Below are positions 19,371 to 28,506 of a stretch of DNA of 54,378 bases, piece by piece; the stretch's first letter is position 1; each line of letters starts with the position of its first letter. The position numbers and the translations under genes are program-made. This DNA comes from an uncultured Methanosarcinales archaeon. GTDB lineage: Archaea; Nanobdellota; Nanobdellia; Woesearchaeales; CAZPJY01. The stretch covers positions 1 through 54,378 of the forward strand of contig CAZPJY010000008.1 of assembly GCA_964587045.1 (NCBI GenBank), given 5' to 3'. Under the pieces are notes generated by a model, which was not told the DNA's origin, ran no database searches, and worked only from the letters and a program-made list of their open reading frames with translations.

Positions 19371-20453
19371 ATGACCAAGTTGATAGACCCTTACGGGTCA
19401 GAGCTGGTAGAGGATTATGCCAAGATCATAAAAGACTTCGGCCTAGAGCCCTTCGACCCAGGCAGCATGCCGGACCCGAACCGTGCGATGCGCAGGGGTG
19501 TGGTCTTCGCAGGCAGGGACCTGAAGATTATCGCCCGGTGCATCAAGGAAAAGAAGCCTTTCTACGTGCTCTCCGGCATAATGCCCACCAATGAAAGGAT
19601 CCATTTCGGCAACAAGCTGGTGGTCGAAAACATAAGGTACTTCCAGGAGCACGGCGGCCACGCCTACATGCTAATCGCCGACCTCGAGTCAGCTGCAGCC
19701 AGGGACGTGTCCCTTGAGGAGGCGAGGAAGAGGGCCATGGATTTCCACGTCCCTGCCTATATCGCGTTGGGGCTGGACCCCAAGAAGACCACGTTCTACT
19801 TCCAGTCCGAGAACAAGGACGTGATCCACCTGGCGTTCGAACTTGCACATAAGGTCACGTTCAATGAGTTCAAAGCGATCTACGGCAACACCGATCCGGG
19901 CAGGATCATGTCAGCTATCACTCAGGTCGGTGACATACTGTATCCCCAGATAGCAGAGCGCATGCCGGGAGTGATACCTGTCGGCATCGACCAGGATCCG
20001 CACATCAGGCTGTCCCGCGACATAGTTGCGAGGACCCGGAAGAAGAAGTTCTTCCCCCCCTCTTCGATCTACCACAAGTACACTCCCTCACTCGACGGAG
20101 AGATCAAGATGTCCAAATCCAAGCCGGACTCATGCATAACCCTGCCTGAGGACGACAAGGAAGTCGCAAGAAAGCTCCGCAAAGCACTAACAGGCGGGAG
20201 GGAGACCGTCGAAGAGCAGAGGAAGAAAGGTGGCAGACCAGAGCAGTGCATCATATTCGAGCTGCACAAGCAGCACCTCATAGAAGACGACGAGGAGCTC
20301 GAGAAGATTTACAATGACTGCAAGAGCGGCAGGATGCTCTGCGGCGAGTGCAAGAACATAGCGATAGAAAGGATGCAGGCCCTGCAGGACCGCCTCGTCC
20401 GAGGCATGTCGGAGGTAAAGACATCCGAGCTCAACTTCATAAAGTTCAATTAG
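19371..20453 (+). CDS. trpS: Tryptophanyl-tRNA synthetase
   Basis: HFGN (HIGH-like), PVGIDQDPH, KMSKS, TGGR, C-x23-C-x6-C-x2-C. Confidence 0.95.
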   Translation: MTKLIDPYGSELVEDYAKIIKDFGLEPFDPGSMPDPNRAMRRGVVFAGRDLKIIARCIKEKKPFYVLSGIMPTNERIHFGNKLVVENIRYFQEHGGHAYMLIADLESAAARDVSLEEARKRAMDFHVPAYIALGLDPKKTTFYFQSENKDVIHLAFELAHKVTFNEFKAIYGNTDPGRIMSAITQVGDILYPQIAERMPGVIPVGIDQDPHIRLSRDIVARTRKKKFFPPSSIYHKYTPSLDGEIKMSKSKPDSCITLPEDDKEVARKLRKALTGGRETVEEQRKKGGRPEQCIIFELHKQHLIEDDEELEKIYNDCKSGRMLCGECKNIAIERMQALQDRLVRGMSEVKTSELNFIKFN

Positions 20454-20498
20454 CAAACTTTTTATAGTCAGGGAGAGACTTAGGATAGGGGTGATAAA

Positions 20499-20684
20499 AT
20501 GCGGAACGTCTTTGCGCCGTTATCAAGCTCATTCATGCTCGCGTCAATGCTAGGCTTCCTTTTTTCTGCTGTTTGGATTATTCCAAGGAACCTGCAGTGG
20601 GGCGTGGCGTTTTGCGTGGTTTTCGCGGTGATGTTCATTTCAGCAGTGGTGTCCATGACACACGCGCCAGCTGAGGATATGTAG
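20499..20684 (+). CDS. Small two-TM membrane protein (61 aa)
   Basis: GGGGTGA RBS, TTTTATA box upstream, two hydrophobic helices. Confidence 0.75.
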   Translation: MRNVFAPLSSSFMLASMLGFLFSAVWIIPRNLQWGVAFCVVFAVMFISAVVSMTHAPAEDM

Positions 20685-20715
20685 TGAGGGGAAGAGGTGA
20701 GTATGCGGTGAGAAC

Positions 20716-21876
20716 ATGGAAATCGATTACGATTCTGTCTGGGAACTCGCATACTCAAATGTCCAATCGCACCTCATCGATGAGGGCAGGGAAAGCCTAA
20801 AAGAGAACATACTCAAGGCGCAGGAATTCTTGACAGACATTAAGGCAGGGCATTCGAAGAGCCTTGAGAGGATACTTATCCCTCCGCTTAGGTGGCTGTT
20901 CGCCTCCCTTTACCCAAAGATAGAGGCTGACGGCGTAGGTCCGGTGAGGGAACAAAGGGATGCTGTCAGGATATACACGCCGACCCACAGGAGCATCATT
21001 GACCCTTTCATCCTCGGTCTGGGGCTGATCGACGAAGGGGAGGACTATCCCCACTTCGCAGCCGGCCGCAACCTGTACAACCCCTTAACCTCCTGGTTCC
21101 TGAGAAGGCTGAAGGCTATAGCGACCAAGCGCAACTTCCGAGACAGGAGATACCACCTCTGCCTGAAGGAATACGCAAAGAGCGTCCTGATCCATGGTGG
21201 GGAACTGTGTTTTTTCCCTGAAGGGGGGAGACCCAGGAACGGCGGGCTCGGACGGATGCGGCTGGGTCTCCTGGGTGCTGCTGTCGGGGCCGCGATAGAG
21301 GCGGATGCGCGGTACGTGATGTTCCCAACAGGGATAGCATACAACCACATAATGGAGGAGAGGCAGCTGGCCCGGGAAGCCAAGACGCTCACGGGCTGGC
21401 GGGCCTTACGGGAGCTGATCGCGCACACAGCCAAGAACATGGGCAAGGGCGAGGTTGCCATCAATTTTGCCGAACCCATCGATCTCACCTCGTTTGTGGA
21501 GGGCAAGACCAAGCAGGACATACCTGACCTCAGGGAAGAGCTCGCCTCAAAGGTCCGTGCGGAGCTAGCCAAGAGTTTCCCAGTGTTTCCTACAGCCCTC
21601 ATGTCATATTCGCTCATCAAGTCACCGGACATCGGGGGCGGGTACAGCCGTTTCCTCCTGGACATGGGGGTCCTGCTCGGGCGAAAGGACTACCGGCCCC
21701 CTATGGTCGGCGGTTTTGAGAGACGACCCAAAGAGGTCTTCGACCAGTCGATTGACGACTTTGTGAGCAGGGGAATCATCCGCATCGAGGACTCCAACCT
21801 GAGCATATTGGAGATGGACGTGATGAAGGTCTACTCCAACACCATCTGCCATCATTTCGACGAGGTGCCCATATGA
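20716..21876 (+). CDS. PlsB/DHAPAT-like glycerolipid acyltransferase
   Basis: HRSIID (HxxxxD), PHFAAGRNL, FFPEGGRPRNG, FPTGIAY, INFAEPIDL. Confidence 0.85.
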   Translation: MEIDYDSVWELAYSNVQSHLIDEGRESLKENILKAQEFLTDIKAGHSKSLERILIPPLRWLFASLYPKIEADGVGPVREQRDAVRIYTPTHRSIIDPFILGLGLIDEGEDYPHFAAGRNLYNPLTSWFLRRLKAIATKRNFRDRRYHLCLKEYAKSVLIHGGELCFFPEGGRPRNGGLGRMRLGLLGAAVGAAIEADARYVMFPTGIAYNHIMEERQLAREAKTLTGWRALRELIAHTAKNMGKGEVAINFAEPIDLTSFVEGKTKQDIPDLREELASKVRAELAKSFPVFPTALMSYSLIKSPDIGGGYSRFLLDMGVLLGRKDYRPPMVGGFERRPKEVFDQSIDDFVSRGIIRIEDSNLSILEMDVMKVYSNTICHHFDEVPI

Positions 21877-23216
21877 AGCTGTACAAGAAGGTCGCAGTTC
21901 TCCCTGAGGGCGTTTGGAGCCAGACAGTTGCGAGCCTCGGTGCGGACCCCAAGAGGTGGCATCCGGCAGACAAGTTTTCAGACAAGAAACCTCCTGAAGA
22001 AATTAGGATGTTTTCATACTTTGATTGGAGGCAGGAGGCGCTTGAGAAGATGATAGGTGACCGGTCGGCCTATGCCCCGCCAGCGCACTTCGACTGGGGG
22101 TCCCTCGGCATCGCTGTCAGGGCATACTCTCCCAGGCACTGCCAGCTCTCAGTGGAGGAGCTGGGCATCTGCGACCAGATAGGTTTGGGAGATTTCGGAC
22201 GTGCTGTATTCAAGACGGTCAAAGACGCTGACCTGATCATACTCGGTCCGAGGTCTAACGAGTTCACCATGTACACGAGGGCATTGAGGGACATATTCGA
22301 CTCGGCACCGATGGCCAAGCAGAGCCCTGACCTGGTCTCGTTGACCAAAGGCCTCTTCCTCGAATACGACAAGCAGGGCAAGGTGTCTGGAGTAAAACTT
22401 CCATATGAGATTATGGAGGACCACATACCCCAGAGGATAAGCAGGGCAATCATGGTCGGTCCGAACATTTCCAAGGAGGTGAATAAGTACGCTCCCACGA
22501 CCTCGCTGCTCGCCACGAAGCAGCACCGCCTGGGAGGGCGCAGGGACGAGTTCCTCCAGGACCTGAGACGTTATCTCAAGGGCTTCAATTTCGGCGTGGA
22601 CTTCTCCGTGCATCCCCACGCGCTGGGCTGGGCGACCGCGGTCAAGAACATAACTGCCATCGCCATGGGCCTTGGAAACTACTACCTGTTCAAGCAGATG
22701 GGCGATGAGTATACAGACTACAACTCCAACCTTTTGGGATGCGTCGTCACGATGGGTTCTCGAGACTCCTGGAACACCTTCACCCAGCTTATAAACAGGC
22801 ACGGGCTGTGGTTCCGCCTTCATCCGGAGGAGTACCACAACAGCTTCGCAGTCCAGGGAGACCGGGTGGCTACGGCCAGTTCGCTCAACTCAAGGAACGT
22901 CAGGTTCGGTTTCGAGTTCGCGAAGCAACTTGACATGAGGGGAGGGGAAGTCTCACCTGAGGACAAGGATGAGATCAGGGATCATGTGATGAACGATGTC
23001 ATCAAGATGGCTGTGGAGGGCGTACCGACGGTCAAGGACCTTCATGAGGTCATGGAGGCGTATTCCATCAAGGGCACGCCTTTCTACAGAGGGGTTTATG
23101 AGACCCTGTTCGGCTCCCTTTCCACAGAGAAGTTTGCGGGCATGCTGCTCGACCTCACAGGCAGGTATGAGTCCATCGGCACCAGGACATTTACTCGCTT
23201 CCTCAAAAAGCCTTAA
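21873..23216 (+). CDS. Divergent NAD(P)H-dependent glycerol-3-phosphate dehydrogenase (GpsA-like)
   Basis: SLTKGL, MVGPNISKEV, AVKNITAIAMG, GDRVAT..SLNSRN, AVEGVPT; Rossmann motif altered to LPEGVWS; ATGA overlap with the acyltransferase. Confidence 0.8.
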   Translation: MKLYKKVAVLPEGVWSQTVASLGADPKRWHPADKFSDKKPPEEIRMFSYFDWRQEALEKMIGDRSAYAPPAHFDWGSLGIAVRAYSPRHCQLSVEELGICDQIGLGDFGRAVFKTVKDADLIILGPRSNEFTMYTRALRDIFDSAPMAKQSPDLVSLTKGLFLEYDKQGKVSGVKLPYEIMEDHIPQRISRAIMVGPNISKEVNKYAPTTSLLATKQHRLGGRRDEFLQDLRRYLKGFNFGVDFSVHPHALGWATAVKNITAIAMGLGNYYLFKQMGDEYTDYNSNLLGCVVTMGSRDSWNTFTQLINRHGLWFRLHPEEYHNSFAVQGDRVATASSLNSRNVRFGFEFAKQLDMRGGEVSPEDKDEIRDHVMNDVIKMAVEGVPTVKDLHEVMEAYSIKGTPFYRGVYETLFGSLSTEKFAGMLLDLTGRYESIGTRTFTRFLKKP

Positions 23217-23243
23217 ATATAATCCTTTTCTGGCCGTTCCTTC

Positions 23244-23837
23244 ATGGGTTTCGAGAGCGCGTTTTCCGATGAGAGGAACAGGGGGATAATCAACCTTTAC
23301 ATCAAGGGAGAGCGTAGAATGCTGGACCATTACGCCTACAGTGAGCTTGAGAGGTCCCACCCCGCACTGAAGGCGATGCTTGAGGACCTGAGGCATTCCG
23401 ACCCCCTCTCTGATCTTGAAATGGAGATTCAGTACTTCGAGGGGCTGAAAAAGGCGCACACCGGGAGCCCTGACCATCCCCAGACCATATTGATTACGCA
23501 GTACGACAAAGTGATGCCCTTGCAGAAGACTACTTACCTATTGACATTAGATGTGATAAATTCCTTCGCGTCCAACAAGGGACAGGACCCCTTAAAGGTA
23601 GCTCAGGAATCCTGGGGTGATGTCAAGAGGAGAATATTTCCCTCACTTGAAGACGCCATGAACTACGAGCTGAAGATAATAACACTCGATACCATGGCGA
23701 TCGAGTCGATGAGGCCTGTCGCTGAAGCGATGGAGAGGATGGGGTTTCCGTCAAAGCAGGACATCTCGGCGCTCAAGAGATACCACCTCCGCGGATACAT
23801 CACTATTTATCGGAATCTTTATCGAACTTCTCCTTAG
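23244..23837 (+). CDS. Hypothetical protein (197 aa)
   Basis: ORF downstream of a TTAAATA box; no family recognised. Confidence 0.65.
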   Translation: MGFESAFSDERNRGIINLYIKGERRMLDHYAYSELERSHPALKAMLEDLRHSDPLSDLEMEIQYFEGLKKAHTGSPDHPQTILITQYDKVMPLQKTTYLLTLDVINSFASNKGQDPLKVAQESWGDVKRRIFPSLEDAMNYELKIITLDTMAIESMRPVAEAMERMGFPSKQDISALKRYHLRGYITIYRNLYRTSP

Positions 23838-24111
23838 CCATCTCTTCTTTCCAGAACACTTCATGGCTCGCCCTCTTCTCGAATAGGGCTATCGAGAGGT
23901 TTATGATGCTGGTCTCGTAAGCTTTCATGCCTTTTCCCTTAAGGATGCTCTTTGCGTCGTCGATGCATTGGGCCATTATGCGGAGGTTCTCCTCCCTGGC
24001 CTTGGCCTCGATCGCCCCTTCCTCATTCTCGGAGAGGTAGACGTCCACCCATTTGGGATAGACACTCTTGTCAGTGCGTTTTGGAAACGATTTCGAAAAC
24101 AATTGGCTCAC
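23803..24111 (-). CDS. Hypothetical protein (102 aa)
   Basis: GTG start; helical, charged composition; convergent overlap with the previous ORF. Confidence 0.7.
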   Translation of the reverse strand: MSQLFSKSFPKRTDKSVYPKWVDVYLSENEEGAIEAKAREENLRIMAQCIDDAKSILKGKGMKAYETSIINLSIALFEKRASHEVFWKEEMAKEKFDKDSDK

Positions 24112-24151
24112 CCCCGAGTTGGGGTTGTCGGTAGATATAAAAAGATTATGC

Positions 24152-25474
24152 TCAGAAATCCGTCGCTTTCTTGTCCTTGTGCACAGCTATCGGAGCCTCA
24201 CCACCATGCCAAGTGAACCTGGGCCTGATCCTCATCGGGTAGATCCTCTCGTTCGTGTCGTCGAAGATGACTGCCGAGCCCTTGACCCTGGGCAGGTTAT
24301 TCATTGCCGCAGTCAGGCCTTCGCGCATGTAGCTTTGTGTCAGGTCTCCGAGGGCTTCTGTGTCGACTTTTGCGGTTACCCTGTGGCTCAGGACTATATC
24401 GGACTGGGTCATTACGTCCCTGTGGATCTTGCCCGGCTGCTGGCTGGCTATCATCAGTGATATGCCGGGCTGACGGCCTTCCCTCATGACCGTCACCAAC
24501 GGCTGGGTCGACGCGTTTTCGCCTTCCTTAGGGAGGAACTCGTGTGCCTCGTCGATTACAAGCCAGACCAGAGGAGTCTTTTGCTTCTTCTTTTTGTCCT
24601 CCTCACCGAAGTAGTGCATGGCAGAGTGGAGATCCTGGTACTCCTCATCCTTCCTGGAGAGCATCCTCTGTATGAACAGCTTCTTGGCTATCAGCCCGAC
24701 AACGAGGAACTTGATCTTCCACCCGTTTTGGGCAGTCGCATAGCAGCTTACATCGAGAATGCTGATCCTGCCAGGCTGGGCGAGCTCGCTTATCTTGGTC
24801 CCACCCTGCTGGAACAGACCCCACGTGTCTGCAGCGAGGAACCTGTTCTCGACCGCGTCCTTGACTGCCTGTTCAGTGCGGTCGTCAGCGCGGATCCGTC
24901 CGATTATATCCTGGATTGAAAAGGAGCCTTTCTCCTTCTTGAGGGTGTTGATCGTACGTTCGATTAGGACGCCAATTGGGTCGTTTTCGCTCACCTCAAA
25001 GGTCATCAGCCAGTCCTGCGCGTCGAATTCTGAAGGGTCTATCGAGAAGGGCTTGTCTGTCGGTATGCCTTTCTCCTTGAACTCCTCGTAAAATTTGTAG
25101 GGTGTGAAGATGGTCACATCCATTCCCTTGGGCTCAAGACCCCACTGCTCGAGGAGCAGCTGGTCCTTCTTGTTGGGGTATTTCATGGTCCAGTATATAC
25201 CCATGGTGTCAAGCAGGATGAAGGATAGGTTGCCCATGACGTCTGGTTCGAGGCTTGACAGACCTTCGGCTATGACTCCCATCGTATATGACTTTCCGCT
25301 TCCCCTCTTGCCGCAGACGAAGACGACATGCGACCTCGCAACGTCGAGGAACATCTTGTTTGAGAGGGATGTCGTCTGGCCCATCTTGACGTAGTGCTTG
25401 CCTATGAACACGGTGCCTGAGGTCCCGAACTTTTCCATATCTGCCTTGCTGCGGCCGATGATGACGTCGTACAT
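24152..25474 (-). CDS. HerA/FtsK-like P-loop ATPase (DUF87)
   Basis: Walker A GKRGSGKS, LLDTMG, Walker B LVIDEAH, REGRQPG, ASQQP. Confidence 0.88.
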   Translation of the reverse strand: MYDVIIGRSKADMEKFGTSGTVFIGKHYVKMGQTTSLSNKMFLDVARSHVVFVCGKRGSGKSYTMGVIAEGLSSLEPDVMGNLSFILLDTMGIYWTMKYPNKKDQLLLEQWGLEPKGMDVTIFTPYKFYEEFKEKGIPTDKPFSIDPSEFDAQDWLMTFEVSENDPIGVLIERTINTLKKEKGSFSIQDIIGRIRADDRTEQAVKDAVENRFLAADTWGLFQQGGTKISELAQPGRISILDVSCYATAQNGWKIKFLVVGLIAKKLFIQRMLSRKDEEYQDLHSAMHYFGEEDKKKKQKTPLVWLVIDEAHEFLPKEGENASTQPLVTVMREGRQPGISLMIASQQPGKIHRDVMTQSDIVLSHRVTAKVDTEALGDLTQSYMREGLTAAMNNLPRVKGSAVIFDDTNERIYPMRIRPRFTWHGGEAPIAVHKDKKATDF

Positions 25475-25707
25475 ACAACTATCATGCTGTAAAGATGGTT
25501 ATAAAACTTTATCCGTACTTGAGAGTGAGGATTGTTACATGTGGGTAGGAGCAATATTTATGTTTTATCCTCGGTAGGGGTAATCTCTTATGTGTCTGTT
25601 TTCCAAAAGTTTTAAATACTACAACTTATGAGGATGCAAGGTAGCGATTTTTTGCTATCATTCGACAATGATAAAAGGGATTGGGTGGTCCCAGGAGGGT
25701 GATCTCT

Positions 25708-26985
25708 TTGGCAAAGAAGAAACACAAGAAAAAGGTGAAGCGGAAAGGAATGTTAGGGTTTCTTGTGCTGATTCTCGCGATTATTATCATCGCAGTCGCG
25801 CTATTCAAATATTCAACGTATCTCTTCCCGCCCAAGGCGGAAGAAGCAGCTGTAGCTGCGTACGTCAACGGCGAGCCGATCTACATGGCTGATCTCAACG
25901 AGGCCTACGACAGTCTGCCTGACCAGTACAAGTCCTTCATAACCAAGGAGGCGCTGCTGGAGCAGATGGAGGAGGAAAAAATCCTTCTCATGGAAGCAGA
26001 GAAACTCGGGTTCACGGCCTCAGATGAAGAAGTCAATACCCTACTGGACGAAGCCTTGGCCCAGAGCCCCTACACAATGGACGAGTTCGAGGCGCAAGTG
26101 GCTGAGCAGGGGATGACCATGGACGACGTCCGCGACTACTACCGAAAGCAGGTGCTTGTGACCAAGCTGCTCAATGAGACTGTAATCAGCAAGGCCACGG
26201 TCACTGAGCAGGAGATTGAGGACTACTATAACGCCAACCCGTCGCTTTTCCAGGCACCCGAGACCATAAGGGCTAGCCACATCTTGGTGGATACCGAAGA
26301 GGAGGCCCAGGAAGTTTTAGAAATGCTACAGAACGGCTCTGATTTCGCTGAGCTGGCCAGGGAGAGGTCCATCGATACTGGATCGGCCCAGCTGGGAGGG
26401 GATCTTGACTTCTTCCCGCGAGGGGTCATGGTGCCAGAGTTCGAGAATGCCGCTTTCGCGCTAGATGTCGGTGAGCTGTCAGATATCGTGAAGACGGATT
26501 TCGGATATCACATCATACTCGTGACCGACAAGAGCGAGGCCAGGACCGTAACCCTTGCTGAAGCGCATGATCAGATTCAGCAGCAGCTGGAGGCCGAAAA
26601 GCAGAGGACGCTCTACTTGGACTACATCAACAACCTCAAGAGCTCCTACGATGTGGTGCCTGAGACAGGCATACTCGAGGGCGAGTCGTTGGAGGTCACT
26701 GACGATACCGTAGACCTCGAGGCCTTCGCATCATGCCTTGCGGACAAGGGAGCCGTGGTCTACGGCGCTGTCTGGTGTACATCCTGCAAGAAGCAGGCCG
26801 ACATGTTCGGCGACAGCTGGTCGCTCATAACCTACGTCGAGTGCGCTGACGGCAACACCCAGACTGTGGAATGCACGGAAGCCGGCATCACTGGATACCC
26901 CACGTGGGTGATAGATGGCGAGCAATACCTCGGCTGGATGGATCTTGGGGAGATATCTACCATAAGCGGGTGCCCGCTTTCTTAA
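25708..26985 (+). CDS. PrsA/SurA-like parvulin peptidyl-prolyl isomerase with C-terminal thioredoxin-like domain
   Basis: TTG start after GGAGGGTGA; TM anchor; AYVNGEPI, ASHILV, SIDTGSA..GGDL, FGYHII; C-terminal YGAVWCTSC...YVEC...GYPTW. Confidence 0.88.
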   Translation: MAKKKHKKKVKRKGMLGFLVLILAIIIIAVALFKYSTYLFPPKAEEAAVAAYVNGEPIYMADLNEAYDSLPDQYKSFITKEALLEQMEEEKILLMEAEKLGFTASDEEVNTLLDEALAQSPYTMDEFEAQVAEQGMTMDDVRDYYRKQVLVTKLLNETVISKATVTEQEIEDYYNANPSLFQAPETIRASHILVDTEEEAQEVLEMLQNGSDFAELARERSIDTGSAQLGGDLDFFPRGVMVPEFENAAFALDVGELSDIVKTDFGYHIILVTDKSEARTVTLAEAHDQIQQQLEAEKQRTLYLDYINNLKSSYDVVPETGILEGESLEVTDDTVDLEAFASCLADKGAVVYGAVWCTSCKKQADMFGDSWSLITYVECADGNTQTVECTEAGITGYPTWVIDGEQYLGWMDLGEISTISGCPLS

Positions 26986-27098
26986 TTTCTTTTTATTTAC
27001 CTTCTTTAATCTTAAGGATGGAATGGAATTCCGATTCATATTTCTCTTTCAGAATCTAATTAAGGATGCTACCGATACCTCTACCTGAGGTGGTAAAC

Positions 27099-27677
27099 AT
27101 GGAAACAACCAAAGACATAAGTTTAATTGTGGACACTGCGCCCGAAGTGACGTTTGTCCTGACCAACATGGACAAATTGACGCGGGAATACGGTGACAAC
27201 ACCTACATCGCAGTGCACAACTCCAAGGTTGTCGGAAGCGACATGGACCGGATGAAGCTGAGTTCGAAGATAACGAGCAAGTATTCCGGCCAGAGGGTTC
27301 TGATAACCAAGCCCGGAAATCTCAAGGAGAACGGCATGGCATGGCACAACGACCAGCAGAAGTACTTCTCGACTGGAATCGAGACCAAGAGCCTCGTGAA
27401 CTCCATCATAGCAGTGCCAAACCTTGAGAGCAAGAAGCTAAAGGATGTGAATGCCCTTGAGAACGTGCTTGTTGACAGGATGAACTCCTACAACAAGTTC
27501 ATGGACCTCAAGAATGAGTTCTCAGACATCCCGTACTTCTCGTCGAACACCGAGAAGGTCGAGGACAGCATCGGATTCCTGAAGTCAGAGGTCCGCAGGG
27601 TCTGGGACAAGGGTGACCGGACGATCAAACAGATCTTCGACAAGAACCCGTCCATCAAGAGCTTCTACACCAGATAA
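27099..27677 (+). CDS. Hypothetical protein with DUF5678-like N-terminal domain
   Basis: GAGGTGG RBS; NMDKLTREYGDNTYIAVHNSKVVGSD resembles DUF5678. Confidence 0.55.
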   Translation: METTKDISLIVDTAPEVTFVLTNMDKLTREYGDNTYIAVHNSKVVGSDMDRMKLSSKITSKYSGQRVLITKPGNLKENGMAWHNDQQKYFSTGIETKSLVNSIIAVPNLESKKLKDVNALENVLVDRMNSYNKFMDLKNEFSDIPYFSSNTEKVEDSIGFLKSEVRRVWDKGDRTIKQIFDKNPSIKSFYTR

Positions 27678-27685
27678 ATTTTTTC

Positions 27686-28471
27686 TTAATATTTTTTTCC
27701 AACTATACCTATGTGGTTGGCCGTGCCTACAATAGACGGCTCGTTTGCGTACATCATCTCCATTCTCATCGCCCAGTTGAAGAATCTCCTGCTCCTCAGC
27801 CTGCGGTCCCGGACCTTTTCATCCGTCTTGTTGATTATTCCGAGCAGGCCGAAGGTGTCCATGACCCTGAGCCTGTTGGCCAAGAAGAGCTGGTGCAGCT
27901 CAGCGACCCGGAAGTTGTGCTGGGGGAAGGAGATTGGGTAGTTGGTGGTGCCTGTCCTCTCTAGGCGCTCGAGCTCCTTTAGCCTTCCAGCTGCGAATAG
28001 CATTCCCATCACGCGGAAGAAAGAGTCCACTGTTATGAAGACGTAGCGGTTGCGCTTGGTGACCCTGGCAAGCTCAGCAATCGCCTTCCTTGGGTCCTTG
28101 CAGTAAGAGACTGGATCGCCCAGAGAGGCTGTGAAGTCGAAGGTTGAAGTCTCGAGCTTCCTCATGTTGGTGATGTCCAGGCGAAGGACCCTGATGTCAA
28201 GCTCTTCCTTCTTGATCTTCTTCTTGGCTTGGGCCAGCATTCCGGCAGAGATGTCGGTCAAGGTCACATCGTGCCCGAGCTTGGCCATGCGGATCGCGAA
28301 GTTGCCCGTGCCGCCACCTGCGTCGAGGATCTTGGAAGGTCTCTTCGGGAGGAACTCATCCAGCTTGGCATCGAGAACCGCGCCGTGGATTTTCCAGCGC
28401 TCGTCTGTGTAGGAATTGTCGTACTTGGCTGCCGCTTTAGTGTGAAACCTGGCTGATGAGGATTCCTTCAT
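27686..28471 (-). CDS. Class I SAM-dependent methyltransferase
   Basis: ILDAGGGTG, LTDISAGML, ELARVTK; start MKES at 28471. Confidence 0.88.
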   Translation of the reverse strand: MKESSSARFHTKAAAKYDNSYTDERWKIHGAVLDAKLDEFLPKRPSKILDAGGGTGNFAIRMAKLGHDVTLTDISAGMLAQAKKKIKKEELDIRVLRLDITNMRKLETSTFDFTASLGDPVSYCKDPRKAIAELARVTKRNRYVFITVDSFFRVMGMLFAAGRLKELERLERTGTTNYPISFPQHNFRVAELHQLFLANRLRVMDTFGLLGIINKTDEKVRDRRLRSRRFFNWAMRMEMMYANEPSIVGTANHIGIVGKKY

Positions 28472-28506
28472 AGATAGAAAAGAGGAATGAAGAAAGATAA
28501 ATCTTT

